DNA of 64,000 nt from an uncultured Collinsella sp. (GCA_900754275.1 CAAECF010000109.1:674-64673); one strand, 5' to 3'. Positions 46,342-56,563 are shown, numbered from the stretch's first letter. Notes: a model not told the origin generated them from the letters alone. Program-made: numbers and translations.

Positions 46342-47628
46342 TTACAGACCGGCGATGTGATCGGCGGGCGTCGCGACAACCTGTCCGGCGCTCTTGGCGG
46401 GACGCTTCTTCTTGGTCTCGGTCGTGCCCAAAAGCCTCGCCTCAAGACCGCTCACCAAGCGAGCGAGCGGCAGGGTGATGACCAGATAGAACAGGGCGGC
46501 AACCACGTACGGTGTAATGGAGCCCGTCGTGGCCACGATGGTACGGGCGTTCATGACGATCTCGACCACACCCACGGCGGCAAGCAGCGACGTATCCTTG
46601 TAAAGCAAGATAAACTCGCTGGTCAGCGTAGGCAAAACATTGCGGAACGTCTGCGGAATCATAACGTAGAGCAGCGTCTGGAAGGCATTCATGCCCAGAG
46701 AGCGAGCAGCCTCGTTTTGGCCCTTGGGGATCGATTGAATACCGGCGCGGAAGATCTCACACAGATAGGCAGACGAATTCATGGCCATGACGATGACGCC
46801 GAGCACGTAGTCATCAACCTTGACGCCGGCCAACGGCAGACCGAAGAACGCGATATAGATCTGCAGGAACGCCGGCGTACCGCGAATGATATTCACGTAG
46901 ATGCCGGCGAGGCAGCGCAGGATGCGCGACTTGGAGATGCGCATGAGCGACAGGGCGAAACCGAAGGGAATTGCCAGCGGAAACGCCACAAGCACGATCG
47001 AAAGCGACATGAGGAAGCCCTTGAAGACGATCGGCAGGCTCTGGACCAAAATGACCGGGTTCAGGAACAGGCGCAGGAACATATTGGAGTTCCAAGCCTC
47101 GACCCACGGCTGCTCTTTAAGGTCGGCCAAGAAGTTATCGAAGGCCGTCACGCCCTTGATCTCCACCGACGGAATCTTGGAGATCTTCTTGGTCGAGCCA
47201 TCGGCCAAAGTGCAGGTGCCGCTAAAGGCCTCATCGCCGCCCTCGACGGGGAAGGTCACGCCGTAAACCTCGACACGGAAAAAGCCGCCGGCAGGCGCCG
47301 TCTCGCCAAAGTCGATCTTGAGCGTCTGGCCGTCAGCCTTGCACGTGGGCTTCATGGGCGTACGATCCATGAGGTCCTCGCCCGAGAGCATCGTCAATCG
47401 CGTGTCATCGGTACCAAACGTCGTGCCGTCGACAAACGTCAGCGAAAGACCGCTCAGCTCCTCATCGGCATCGGCTTGGACCTCCCAGGTAATGCGCGTC
47501 TCGGTACCGCCGACCACAGCGCTGCCCGAACCGGTGTTGGGTCGGGCGGTAATCTTTGCGGTCTCAAGCGCCTGGGCGGTCGTGGGCGCATATGCCCCCG
47601 CGCAAACCAGCGCGAGCGCCACGGCCAT
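46342..47628 (-). CDS. amino-acid ABC transporter permease with about 230-aa N-terminal extracytoplasmic domain
   Basis: C-terminal 250 aa are a HisM/GlnP-type permease (EAARSLG EAA loop). N-terminus has a signal/anchor plus an uncharacterised domain. Start ambiguous (ATG at 47628 or an upstream TTG). Confidence 0.7.
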   Translation of the reverse strand: MAVALALVCAGAYAPTTAQALETAKITARPNTGSGSAVVGGTETRITWEVQADADEELSGLSLTFVDGTTFGTDDTRLTMLSGEDLMDRTPMKPTCKADGQTLKIDFGETAPAGGFFRVEVYGVTFPVEGGDEAFSGTCTLADGSTKKISKIPSVEIKGVTAFDNFLADLKEQPWVEAWNSNMFLRLFLNPVILVQSLPIVFKGFLMSLSIVLVAFPLAIPFGFALSLMRISKSRILRCLAGIYVNIIRGTPAFLQIYIAFFGLPLAGVKVDDYVLGVIVMAMNSSAYLCEIFRAGIQSIPKGQNEAARSLGMNAFQTLLYVMIPQTFRNVLPTLTSEFILLYKDTSLLAAVGVVEIVMNARTIVATTGSITPYVVAALFYLVITLPLARLVSGLEARLLGTTETKKKRPAKSAGQVVATPADHIAGL

Positions 47629-47819
47629 GACGCAGACTAGCTTTTGGAGCAAGGCGGGCAGTGGAAAATGCTGCTCCACGGCCCCTTTGTTCAGTCGAGA
47701 CAAGGTGGCTCCTATCGTAGAAGTTGCCGGCAAAACGAGACGGAAACACTCTCCGTCGAGAGAAGCGCAAAGGCCCTCTCCGCAAAACGGAAAGGGCCTA
47801 CACGCAATCAAGCATCTAT

Positions 47820-48680
47820 TTACTTGATGCTGTACTTAGCCATGAGGGCGTCGACGGTACCGTCGTCGGTCAGGTCCTTGATGGCCTGGTTGATGTCGTC
47901 CTTGAGCTTGGTGTTGCCCTGGTTGATGGCGATGGCGTACTCCTCGCCGGTGCTGATCTGCTTAATGGTCTGGCAGGTGTTGAACTGCTCGGCGGTCAGC
48001 TGGCTGGCAACGGAGCGGTTGGTGACTACGGCGTCACCCTTATCGGACTGCAGGGCGCTGAAGCACTCGGTAGCGTCCTTGTAGGGGACGATCTTGGCCT
48101 TGGGGAAGTTCTCCTGGGCAAAGGACTCGGCGGTCGAGCCAGACTGAACGATGATGGTAGCGTCGGCGTTGTTGAGCTTCTCGCTGTAGTTGTCGGCCGT
48201 GATGTCGGTGTTATCGACCTTGGTCACGATAGCCTGATCGTCCATGTAGTAGGAATCGGAGAAAGTGACTTCCTTCTCACGCTCGGGCGTGTCGGTGATA
48301 GCCGCGATGGAGACGTCGTACTTGGCGCCCGAAGCGACACCCGGAACCAGCGTGTCAAAGTCATTGTTGACGTACTCGACATCCAGGCCCAGCTTGTCAC
48401 CGATAGCCTTGATGAGCTCAAGGTCAAAGCCCTGGTAGTCGCCGTTGTCATCCTTGTACTCAAACGGCGCGTACTCGGCAGAGGTGCCGACGGTCAGCGT
48501 GCCGTCCTTGACGAGCGCGTACTCCTTGGAGCCGTCGACCTTCTCGACCTTAGCGTCGTCAGAGCTGCTGGAACCGGCATCAGAACCAGAGGTGGCGTTG
48601 GACGAACCGCAGCCCGTCAGAGCAAGGGCGAGCGCCATAGCACCCGTGGCGGCAAATGCGCCAAGCTTCTTCAGCTTCAT
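47820..48680 (-). CDS. amino-acid ABC transporter substrate-binding lipoprotein
   Basis: Signal peptide with LTGC lipobox and a type 2 periplasmic binding fold. GGAAGGAGA RBS before the Met at 48680. Confidence 0.85.
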   Translation of the reverse strand: MKLKKLGAFAATGAMALALALTGCGSSNATSGSDAGSSSSDDAKVEKVDGSKEYALVKDGTLTVGTSAEYAPFEYKDDNGDYQGFDLELIKAIGDKLGLDVEYVNNDFDTLVPGVASGAKYDVSIAAITDTPEREKEVTFSDSYYMDDQAIVTKVDNTDITADNYSEKLNNADATIIVQSGSTAESFAQENFPKAKIVPYKDATECFSALQSDKGDAVVTNRSVASQLTAEQFNTCQTIKQISTGEEYAIAINQGNTKLKDDINQAIKDLTDDGTVDALMAKYSIK

Positions 48681-48827
48681 AATCAGTCTCCTTCCGGTGA
48701 CCTCGTTTGATTCAGAGGTCTGCAAAAACTGTTGGCTATTATGCACCCGGAATTACGAATCTGCAATGAGAAAACTGATTGAAACAAACCCATAACGTGA
48801 ATGGAATACTCTACTTTGTGACAGTCA

Positions 48828-49694
48828 TTACTGCTGCAATGACCTTAATAGTCTAATTTCAGCTGCATAACCTGCAAGTTCGTTCGGAGTCTCCAAAATA
48901 AACGGCAGCGAACGCAAGTGGCCATTCGATACAATATTCTGTATAACCTGCATACCGCCGCCAAACTCTTCACCACCCAGGTAGCCCTTACCGATGCACT
49001 CGTGGCGGTCCTTATGGGCGCCGCAGGGATTCTTGGAGTCATTGATGTGTACGGCGCGCAGGCGCTCGATACCCACCACACGATCGAACTCGTCAAGCAC
49101 ACCGTCAAGATCGTGGACGATGTCATAGCCGGCGCCATTCACATGGCAGGTGTCTAGGCAAACGCCCAGCTTGGCCGACAGCTCGGGGCGTTTGCCGGCA
49201 ACACCCTCAATGATGAGCGCCAGTTCCTCAAAGCTGCGGCCCACCTCGGTGCCCTTGCCCGACATGGTCTCGAGCAGCACCGTCGTCTGCTGGCCCTCAA
49301 ACATCACCTGACACAGGGCGTCGACAATCATCTGAATGCCGGCGTCGGAGCCCTGCCCCACATGCGCACCGGGATGGAAGTTGTAGTAGTTGCCGGGCAG
49401 CGCCTCCATGCGCCGCAGGTCCTCTGCCATAGCCTCCAAGGCGAACTCGCGCGCCCGCTCTTTGGCAGAACAGGGGTTGTAGGTATACGGGGCATGCGCC
49501 ACCAGCGGTCCAAAGTCGTTTTGCGACATAAGCTCGCGCAGAGCCGCCACGTCATCCATGTCAAGTTCTTTTGCCTTGCCACCGCGCGGGTTGCGCGTAA
49601 AGAACGCAAAGGTATTGGCGCCAATGGACAACGCCGTCTCCCCCATTGCCCGATAGCCCTTCGTCGTCGAAAGATGACACCCGATCGTCAGCAT
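48828..49694 (-). CDS. nfo: endonuclease IV (apurinic/apyrimidinic endonuclease)
   Basis: Nfo metal-ligand motifs ([31 protein letters not shown]). GAGGAGGGAG RBS before the Met at 49694. Confidence 0.85.
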   Translation of the reverse strand: MLTIGCHLSTTKGYRAMGETALSIGANTFAFFTRNPRGGKAKELDMDDVAALRELMSQNDFGPLVAHAPYTYNPCSAKERAREFALEAMAEDLRRMEALPGNYYNFHPGAHVGQGSDAGIQMIVDALCQVMFEGQQTTVLLETMSGKGTEVGRSFEELALIIEGVAGKRPELSAKLGVCLDTCHVNGAGYDIVHDLDGVLDEFDRVVGIERLRAVHINDSKNPCGAHKDRHECIGKGYLGGEEFGGGMQVIQNIVSNGHLRSLPFILETPNELAGYAAEIRLLRSLQQ

Positions 49695-49712
49695 CTCCAG
49701 CTCCCTCCTCAT

Positions 49713-49790
49713 CAGTTGCGGTGAAATACGGTCTATTGGTGCCCTATTTTGGCGCAAACAGACCGTATTCCACCGCAAGTTATAAAAGGG
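49713..49790 (-). promoter_or_regulatory. conserved about 75-nt leader hairpin element, copy 1 (5' UTR of nfo)
   Basis: TTATAACTTGCGGTGGAATA-[CGGTCT...AGACCG]-TATTTCACCGCAACTGA, immediately upstream of the RBS. Confidence 0.5.
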
Positions 49791-49847
49791 GCATCAGGGG
49801 CAAAGGCCTCCAAGGCATTCCAGGCGCTGGCGCCATGCCCCCACGCA

Positions 49848-50840
49848 CTAAAGTTTCAAGCGAATCGCATCGATAATGCGCGCGCAGCGCTGCGTGGCGG
49901 CAAGGGGCATGACGGGACTCTCGAGTTTCCCCGCCCGGATGAGCTGGGTCGCATGCTGGATTTCGCCGTAGAAATCATCGATCTCAAACGGGGCATTTAT
50001 TTCGAGCGTTCGACCGTCGGAATACTTCACATGGGCGAGCTCGGGGCGATGGAGACGCTCGATTTCCAACGAGCCTCGCTCACAGACAATCGTTAAGCGG
50101 CTTTCATATGTTGCTTTGCCGTCGCACACCATATGAATGGGTATACCGCCGACGCTCATACGGATCTCGTCGGCCCAATCGACGCGGCCGCCTGATACGT
50201 CACGCCAGCGAACTTCACGGGATGAAACCTCGCACGCGCCCGCGAGCAAATCCTCAAACCAACCGACCGCATAGCAGCCCATGTCATATAGACAGCCGCC
50301 CTGCAACGAATCAAGCAGATAGCCCGAAGGAGGCTCGCCGTAATCGAGCTTTTGCACGCTTTCAATCGAGACAATACGGCCAAGCTCACCCGACGCAAGC
50401 AAGTCCTTCACGCGAGTGCGCATCGGGCAAAACCGATTCTTCATCGCCTCCATAAACAGCACGCCGCGCTCACGAGAGGTGGAGGCAATCGAGAGAGCCT
50501 CTTCCTCACTCAAAACGGCCGGCTTTTCGCACAGCACGGCCTTTCCCGCGCGCAGTGCCCGACAGACCCAATGCGCATGCATGCCATGTGGAAGAGCCAA
50601 GTAGATTGCGTCGACATCGGGGTCGGCAATCAGCGCATCATAAGCCACATCGCCGCTATCGTCAGCCGTGGCATAACTGTGCGCGGCATCAATCGAAAAC
50701 GCCCTGCAAAACTCCTCAACATGCGAAGGAGTGCGGCCGGCGGCAGCCACAAGCCGTGCCCCGTCCACCTCCTTGAGCGACGATGCAAATCGATGCGAAA
50801 TGTGTCCAGCGCCCAAAACGCCCCAACAAACCTCACGCAA
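49848..50840 (-). CDS. Gfo/Idh/MocA-family NAD(P)-dependent oxidoreductase
   Basis: N-terminal WGVLGAGHISHRF Rossmann motif and EKP motif (VLCEKPAV). Start is probably a TTG near 50840; ambiguous. Confidence 0.65.
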   Translation of the reverse strand: MREVCWGVLGAGHISHRFASSLKEVDGARLVAAAGRTPSHVEEFCRAFSIDAAHSYATADDSGDVAYDALIADPDVDAIYLALPHGMHAHWVCRALRAGKAVLCEKPAVLSEEEALSIASTSRERGVLFMEAMKNRFCPMRTRVKDLLASGELGRIVSIESVQKLDYGEPPSGYLLDSLQGGCLYDMGCYAVGWFEDLLAGACEVSSREVRWRDVSGGRVDWADEIRMSVGGIPIHMVCDGKATYESRLTIVCERGSLEIERLHRPELAHVKYSDGRTLEINAPFEIDDFYGEIQHATQLIRAGKLESPVMPLAATQRCARIIDAIRLKL

Positions 50841-50880
50841 ATCATCACATGAATCCCGATGACCCGCGACAGCCCCCTTC

Positions 50881-50960
50881 AGTTGCGGTGAAATAGTTCC
50901 TGTTTGGCCCCTATTCTGCCGCAAACAGGAACTATTCCACCGCAAGTTATAAAAGGGTCA
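50881..50960 (-). promoter_or_regulatory. conserved leader hairpin element, copy 2 (5' UTR of the Gfo/Idh/MocA gene)
   Basis: Flanks identical to copy 1; the internal stem has compensatory changes (GTTCCT...AGGAAC). Confidence 0.5.
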
Positions 50961-52166
50961 TGAGGAGCGCGTTTTGCCGAAGGCCTTAAGCACCGCCGTC
51001 ACGGGACCAGGCTGGAAACGTCGGCGCACATCGTCGAGACGCTCGGGAATATCGATGTGCTGTGGGCAGTGGCGCGCGCATTTGCCGCACTTGACGCAAT
51101 TGCTCACGAGCTTGGGCTCGCTCGTGCGCACCGCACTCGCCGTAAAGTATTGCGACAGCCCCGTAAACCAGCTGTGCGCATAGCTCGCGTTGTAGGCGGC
51201 AAAGCAGCCGGGAATGTTGATACCCTTGGGGCATGGCATGCAGTAGCCGCATCCCGTGCAGGGCACACGGTTCGATTTCTCAAACTCCATCAACACGCGC
51301 GCAATCGTGTCGAGCTGGTTGGCAGTCATCGAATTCGGCAACGCGAGGTCTGCCAGTGACGAATTCTCATCCACCTGCGCGATATCGGTCATACCCGAAA
51401 GCAGCATCGTCACCTGAGGATGATTCCACACCCACGAAAGACCCCAGGCGGCAGGAGTGCGCAAATGCGGGTCACGGGCACTATCGAGCACAGCGCGGGC
51501 CCGTGGCGGCAGCTTGCCCGCTAAACGCCCGCCCAGCAGCGGCTCCATCACAAAAACCGCGAGCCCGCGCTCCGCAGCCGCCATGAGTCCTGCCGTTCCC
51601 GCTTGGTAACGCTCGCCGGCATAGTTGTACTGTATCTGGCAAAAATCCCAGTCATATGCGTCAAGCATCGTCAGGAAATCCACCGCGCTGCCGTGGTACG
51701 AAAAACCAATCTGGCGAATGCGCCCCGCCGCCTTTTGACACGCGATCCAGTCCTCAATGCCCAATGCCACCACACGTTCCCACTGGGCGGGCGAGGTAAT
51801 GTTATGCATGAGGTAATAGTCGATATGGTCGGTCCGCAGGCGCCGCAGTTGCTCATCGAAGAACCGGTCGAAATCCTCCGCGCACTTGCACGAAGCATGC
51901 GGCAACTTGGTCGCCAGCAACACCCGGTCACGCAGCCCCAAGCGCTCAAGCGAGGCGCCCACGCACGCCTCGTTACCGGGATAGAGATACGCGGTGTCCA
52001 GATAATTAATCCCCTGCTCCACCGCACGGGAAATGATGGCATCGGCTGTCTTCGCATCCGGACGTCCCGGCGCACCGGGAAACCTCATGCAGCCCAGACC
52101 CAACGCCGAGATACGGTTGCCGCTTTTGGGGTCAACGCGATATTGCACGGCCCCTCCCTTCGCCAT
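50958..52166 (-). CDS. aldo/keto reductase with C-terminal 4Fe-4S ferredoxin-type Cys clusters
   Basis: AKR N-terminus (ISALGLGCMRF, YLDTAYLYPGNE) plus C-terminal CTGCGYCMPCP and CVKCGKCARHCP motifs. Confidence 0.7.
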   Translation of the reverse strand: MAKGGAVQYRVDPKSGNRISALGLGCMRFPGAPGRPDAKTADAIISRAVEQGINYLDTAYLYPGNEACVGASLERLGLRDRVLLATKLPHASCKCAEDFDRFFDEQLRRLRTDHIDYYLMHNITSPAQWERVVALGIEDWIACQKAAGRIRQIGFSYHGSAVDFLTMLDAYDWDFCQIQYNYAGERYQAGTAGLMAAAERGLAVFVMEPLLGGRLAGKLPPRARAVLDSARDPHLRTPAAWGLSWVWNHPQVTMLLSGMTDIAQVDENSSLADLALPNSMTANQLDTIARVLMEFEKSNRVPCTGCGYCMPCPKGINIPGCFAAYNASYAHSWFTGLSQYFTASAVRTSEPKLVSNCVKCGKCARHCPQHIDIPERLDDVRRRFQPGPVTAVLKAFGKTRSS

Positions 52167-52473
52167 CAGCGCCCCGGCAAGGCGAAACACAATGGTCACG
52201 CAGCCGAAACATCGTGGAATCGCAATCGAGAACGTATCGTAACGCAGCAGAAATCGAGCTGTCACGGCACCGCTTTAACATCAGCAAAAAGCCCGATGAA
52301 AGGAGCCGGACATGACCACGCGCATGTCTTTGCGGTCTGCCCTGCAGCGTAGCGTCCAGGCAAACGTTTCTTTTTTATAACAGCCGCCCCGCGCACCCAC
52401 CAATCACCCTGGCAGCATACAATCCATCAGGCGCCCCTTACGCGGGCGCCTTTTACATGGGGAGATGATTCAC

Positions 52474-53388
52474 ATGCAGATCAACAAGGTCGCCTTTATC
52501 GGCAAGGGCGGCGTCGGCCTGCTCTACGGCAGCATGATCGCCCGGGCGCTCGGCAACGACGCCGTCGAATACATCATGGATGACACCCGTTTTGAGCGTC
52601 ACGCGGGCGATGCGCTCACTGTCAACGGCAAGCCCTGCGATCTCACGTCCGTCCGCGCCAGCGAGGCGACGCCCGCCGATCTGGTCATCCTGACAGTCAA
52701 GACCACCGGTCTCGACCAAGCACTCAAGACTATGGAGCGCGTCGTGGGACCCAACACGCTCATCGCCTCGCTATGCAACGGCATTACGAGCGAGCAAAAG
52801 ATTGCCGAACGCTTTGGCTGGGAGCATACCGTTCTTGGTATCTGCCAGGGCATGGACGCCGTGTTCCTCAACGGCGCGCTCACCTTTACCAATGCGGGCG
52901 AGATCCGCTTTGGCGCGGCGGCCGGCACGGACCCCGCGACCGTCGCCGCTATCGACGGGCTCTACACGCGCTGCGGCATCGCCCATACCGTCGAGGACGA
53001 CATCGCTCACCGCATGTGGGCCAAACTCATGCTCAACGACGGCATCAACCAGACCTGCATGGCCTACGGCGGGACCTACGGAAGCGCCACGGAGCCGGGC
53101 TCCGAGCAGCGTCGCTGCTTTGTTTCCGCCATGCGCGAAACGCTTGCGGTCGCCAACGCCGAGGGCGTTGAGCTGACCGAGGCAGACCTGACGCAAATGG
53201 TGCACCTCATCGAGGGAATCGACCCCGCCGGTATGCCCTCAATGGCTCAAGACCGCATCGCAAGGCGCAAAACCGAGGTTGATGAGTTCGCGGGCACCAT
53301 CTGCCGGCTCGCAGCCAAACACGATATCCAGGCACCGCAAAACGAGTGGCTCTATCGGCGCATCCGCGATATCGAGAAAAACTGGTAG
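52474..53388 (+). CDS. 2-dehydropantoate 2-reductase family (ketopantoate reductase, PanE/ApbA-like)
   Basis: VAFIGKGGVG N-terminal Rossmann motif plus an ApbA C-terminal domain; about 304 aa. Confidence 0.7.
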   Translation: MQINKVAFIGKGGVGLLYGSMIARALGNDAVEYIMDDTRFERHAGDALTVNGKPCDLTSVRASEATPADLVILTVKTTGLDQALKTMERVVGPNTLIASLCNGITSEQKIAERFGWEHTVLGICQGMDAVFLNGALTFTNAGEIRFGAAAGTDPATVAAIDGLYTRCGIAHTVEDDIAHRMWAKLMLNDGINQTCMAYGGTYGSATEPGSEQRRCFVSAMRETLAVANAEGVELTEADLTQMVHLIEGIDPAGMPSMAQDRIARRKTEVDEFAGTICRLAAKHDIQAPQNEWLYRRIRDIEKNW

Positions 53389-53426
53389 CGCCAACTCGCC
53401 GCATTCAACAGCCTTAACAGCAAAAC

Positions 53427-53460
53427 CGCCGCAAGGGAACCTTTCCCCTGCGGCGGCCTT
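53427..53460. terminator. hairpin CCGCCGCAAGGG-aaccttt-CCCCTGCGGCGG (terminator-like)
   Basis: Between the panE-like gene and a small minus-strand ORF. Confidence 0.5.
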
Positions 53461-53497
53461 CATCTTCGTCTACGATCGGCGGCCGATCTCACAACAG

Positions 53498-53704
53498 TTA
53501 GCGTTGCGACCCCGGCACCTCGTCCTCATCGTCGCGACAAAGGACTACGCCCGCACTTCCCAGCAGCGCGGCCGCGATCAACACGCCAACCACGATAGAG
53601 GCAGCCTCACAAGACCCCTGCATGCCCGCGACGAGCGCGGCCGTGGGACCAAGGCAGCCAAGCATCAACGCGACGGCGGCAATGGCAATATCTCGAGCGT
53701 TCAC
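53498..53704 (-). CDS. small hydrophobic protein (2 TM), hypothetical
   Basis: 68-aa ORF, mostly hydrophobic; weak. Confidence 0.3.
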   Translation of the reverse strand: MNARDIAIAAVALMLGCLGPTAALVAGMQGSCEAASIVVGVLIAAALLGSAGVVLCRDDEDEVPGSQR

Positions 53705-53890
53705 AAGACCACTTCCTCCACGAGAAAGACCTTATTTCTCATGAACTAGTGTGCCCCGCGCCCATATGCGCGACGTACCGTCACGGTAAGGGCTCTGTTA
53801 GCTCAAGCGCACACATAGAACGGGCGTCCTTACGTTGCCCTAAAGCTCGGTAAAGACGCCCGTCCGCCAAATATCCGTGATGCAGAACAA

Positions 53891-54667
53891 TTACCAGCCA
53901 GTGTAGTAGTCGGTGGTTCCGGCTGCGCAGCCGGAGTCATAGACCTTGCACTCGCCCTTGGATCCGGTAAACGTGGAGCCCTGAGCCTTATCGCCCGCGG
54001 CCACGACGTAGTAGCCATCGGAATCGCGCCAAAAGCCCTCGGAATCCTGCGTCCATTCGCCCGTGCGGTGGTGATACAACACGTTGCTGCTGTAATAAGT
54101 CTCGCGGCGGCCGTTATAGTTATTGACGCCGCTCGAGCGCGTCAGGCCCGAGCCGTTCGCGTAATACGCAGCAGACGCGTAAGACGAGCCGGAGCCGGCG
54201 TTGTAATACGATGCCTGAACGGCCTCAGCGGCCTCTGCTTCGGCTGCGGCAGCCTCGAGCGCCTCGCGCTTGGCATCCTCAAGCGTGGAGCGAAGCTCGT
54301 CGAGCTCGGTCGACTTGGCATCGACCTCCCCCATCGTCAACAGGCTAGCCGCACCGTCGATGCAACCCTGCAGCACAGCGCGCTCGTCATCGGTAGCATA
54401 GTCGCCATACATATTCATAATGATCTGAGCGCGCATCTCCAGGGAGTCGCGCTTTGCCCCCATCGAGGCATTCCACTCCTGCATAGAGCCATAACCATCG
54501 CCGCGGTAGTCGACGGGCTGCACCAGCGTCGCCTCGGAGGGCGTTGATCCGACTGTATCGGATAGCGTTGCCGCGTGGGCATCAGTTGCGCTGGCGCCCG
54601 CCAAAAGTGCCACGGTCAGAGCGGCGGAAAGGGCGGCGGCTTTCGGTTTTCGTGAATCGATCCTCAT
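53891..54667 (-). CDS. secreted protein with Gly/Tyr/Ser-rich C-terminal domain
   Basis: Signal peptide AAALSAALTVALLAGASATDAHA after the Met at 54667 (GGAGG RBS). C-terminal YY/G/S-rich region. Confidence 0.5.
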   Translation of the reverse strand: MRIDSRKPKAAALSAALTVALLAGASATDAHAATLSDTVGSTPSEATLVQPVDYRGDGYGSMQEWNASMGAKRDSLEMRAQIIMNMYGDYATDDERAVLQGCIDGAASLLTMGEVDAKSTELDELRSTLEDAKREALEAAAAEAEAAEAVQASYYNAGSGSSYASAAYYANGSGLTRSSGVNNYNGRRETYYSSNVLYHHRTGEWTQDSEGFWRDSDGYYVVAAGDKAQGSTFTGSKGECKVYDSGCAAGTTDYYTGW

Positions 54668-54979
54668 GTAGCTGGAAACCTCCGTAGTGTGTTTTTGCTG
54701 CGTTTGAGCTGCGTGTGATTCGATCGCGCTGCATAGTACCCCGAGCAAATCGCGACCTGCGGTTTTACTCAAAAGGCGCACGTCAATTGCGTAAAACTCA
54801 CATCCTCTCAACAGGAGTTTTCCACAACTCAAATGCATAAAGCGTGTCGAAAACCCTGTTTTTGCACCCTCTCTATGCAAATAAGGCGCCTGTGCAACCA
54901 TTGTTCGCACAGGCGCCTTGAGCAGGCATTTTATGCAGTTATACCTATCGAGTCGCAAGGGGTCCTTGCACAAGTCGCC

Positions 54980-56290
54980 TTACTCGTCCAGCGCGGCGAA
55001 GGCCTGCTTCAGATCCCAAATGATATCCTCGGCGTTCTCGGTACCGATGGAAAGACGGATCGTGGAGGGCGTGATGTTCTGCTCGGCGAGCTCCTCGGCA
55101 GAGAGCTGGGAGTGCGTGGTGGTAGCCGGGTGCACGACGAGCGACTTGACGTCGGCCACGTTGGCGAGCAGCGAGAACACCTGCAGATGATCGATGAACT
55201 TCCAAGCTGCCTCCTGGCCACCCTTAATCTCAAAGGTAAAGATCGAGGCACCGCCACGGGGGAAGTACTTCTGATAGAGCTCGTGATCGGGGTGCTCAGG
55301 CAGGCTCGGGTGGTTCACCTTGGCGACGTGGCTGTCACCAGCCAGGAACTCAACGACCTTCTTGGTGTTCTCGACATGGCGGTCAACGCGCAGCGACAGA
55401 GTCTCGGTGCCCTGGAGCAGGACCCAGGCGTTGAACGGACTGATGCAAGCGCCCTCGTCACGCAGCAGGATAGCGCGGACATAGGTTGCGAAGGCGGCGG
55501 GACCGGCAGCCTCGGCAAACGAGACACCGTGGTAGGAGGGGTTGGGCTCAGCAATCTGGGCGTACTTTCCGCTCGCCTTCCAGTCGAAGTTACCGCCGTC
55601 GACGATCACACCGCCCAGCGAGGTGCCGTGGCCGCCGATGAACTTGGTTGCAGAGTGGACGACGATGTTGGCACCATGCTCCAACGGACGGAACAGATAC
55701 GGGGTGCCGAAGGTGTTGTCGACGACAACCGGCAGACCGTGCTTCTTGGCGATCTCGGAGATGGCGTCGATGTTGGGGATGTCGGAGTTGGGGTTGCCGA
55801 GCGTCTCGAGATAGATGACCGTGGTGTTGTCCTTGATGGCACCCTCGACCTCTTCCAGGTTATGGGCATCGACAAACGTGGTCTCGACGCCAAACTGGGA
55901 GAGCGTATGCTCCAGCAGGTTGTAGGAACCACCGTAGATGGTCTTCTGAGCCACCACGTGGTCACCGGCCTGGGCAAGAGCCTGCAGGGTATAGGTGATG
56001 GCAGCAGCGCCGGAGGCGACGGCAAGACCTGCCACGCCACCCTCGAGTGCGGCGATACGGTCCTCGAAGACGCCCTGGGTGGAGTTGGTCAGACGGCCGT
56101 AGATGTTACCGGCGTCGGCAAGACCAAAGCGGTCGGCGGCGTGCTGGGAGTTGCGGAACACATAGCTCGTGGTCTGGTAGATAGGCACGGCGCGGGAGTC
56201 GGATGCGGGATCGGCGCTCTCCTGGCCAACGTGAAGCTGCAGGGTATCGAAACCAAAGGTGTGCTCGGGGTTGTTGATGAACTGGCTCAT
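54980..56290 (-). CDS. metY: O-acetylhomoserine sulfhydrylase (PLP-dependent Cys/Met metabolism family)
   Basis: 436 aa; PLP-lysine region HSATKFIGGHGTSLGGVIVD; typical MetY N-terminus. Confidence 0.9.
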   Translation of the reverse strand: MSQFINNPEHTFGFDTLQLHVGQESADPASDSRAVPIYQTTSYVFRNSQHAADRFGLADAGNIYGRLTNSTQGVFEDRIAALEGGVAGLAVASGAAAITYTLQALAQAGDHVVAQKTIYGGSYNLLEHTLSQFGVETTFVDAHNLEEVEGAIKDNTTVIYLETLGNPNSDIPNIDAISEIAKKHGLPVVVDNTFGTPYLFRPLEHGANIVVHSATKFIGGHGTSLGGVIVDGGNFDWKASGKYAQIAEPNPSYHGVSFAEAAGPAAFATYVRAILLRDEGACISPFNAWVLLQGTETLSLRVDRHVENTKKVVEFLAGDSHVAKVNHPSLPEHPDHELYQKYFPRGGASIFTFEIKGGQEAAWKFIDHLQVFSLLANVADVKSLVVHPATTTHSQLSAEELAEQNITPSTIRLSIGTENAEDIIWDLKQAFAALDE

Positions 56291-56352
56291 GATGATCTCC
56301 TTGATCGAACAAAAGTAAATTAATTAGAGAGAAGTAAGTCGCTGTCTCCTGA

Positions 56353-56406
56353 TCACGCCGACGGGCGCAAACAGGAGCCCGGCATTCGTCTTGGTAAGCA
56401 ATTCAT
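56353..56406 (-). CDS. candidate 17-aa leader peptide (MNCLPRRMPGSCLRPSA) in the metY 5' leader
   Basis: ATG preceded by AAGGAGG with a 7-nt spacer, inside the 270-nt metY leader. Contains 2 Cys and 2 Met codons. Speculative. Confidence 0.2.
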   Translation of the reverse strand: MNCLPRRMPGSCLRPSA

Positions 56407-56563
56407 ATGCGGGCCTCCTTTCGCATCCCGGTTCCGTGGTCGGTTTAATTACCTACCGCCTTTGTGTGTTTTGAATAGTACGAGCATTGTTTCGCTCGGT
56501 CAATCACTTAAAAGCGCTAACCTGTTATCGGTTTTATAGATAACGCTCGAAAGGACGGCGCCG

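Noticed and set aside
49713-50960. Rex (redox regulator) operators in the repeated leader element
   Set aside because: Half-sites resemble GTGAAATA/TATTTCAC but are separated by about 35 nt rather than adjacent. The internal covariation argues for structure rather than a simple operator.
54833-56323. 496-aa plus ORF opposite metY
   Set aside because: Antisense shadow. metY has the PLP motif and the LysR divergent context.
56291-56563. SAM riboswitch (S-box or SAM-IV) in the metY leader
   Set aside because: I looked for the conserved GGCAACC, AUCAAGAG and kink-turn blocks on the minus strand and did not find them. Only generic hairpins are present. A LysR regulator is present instead. An Infernal scan would be decisive.
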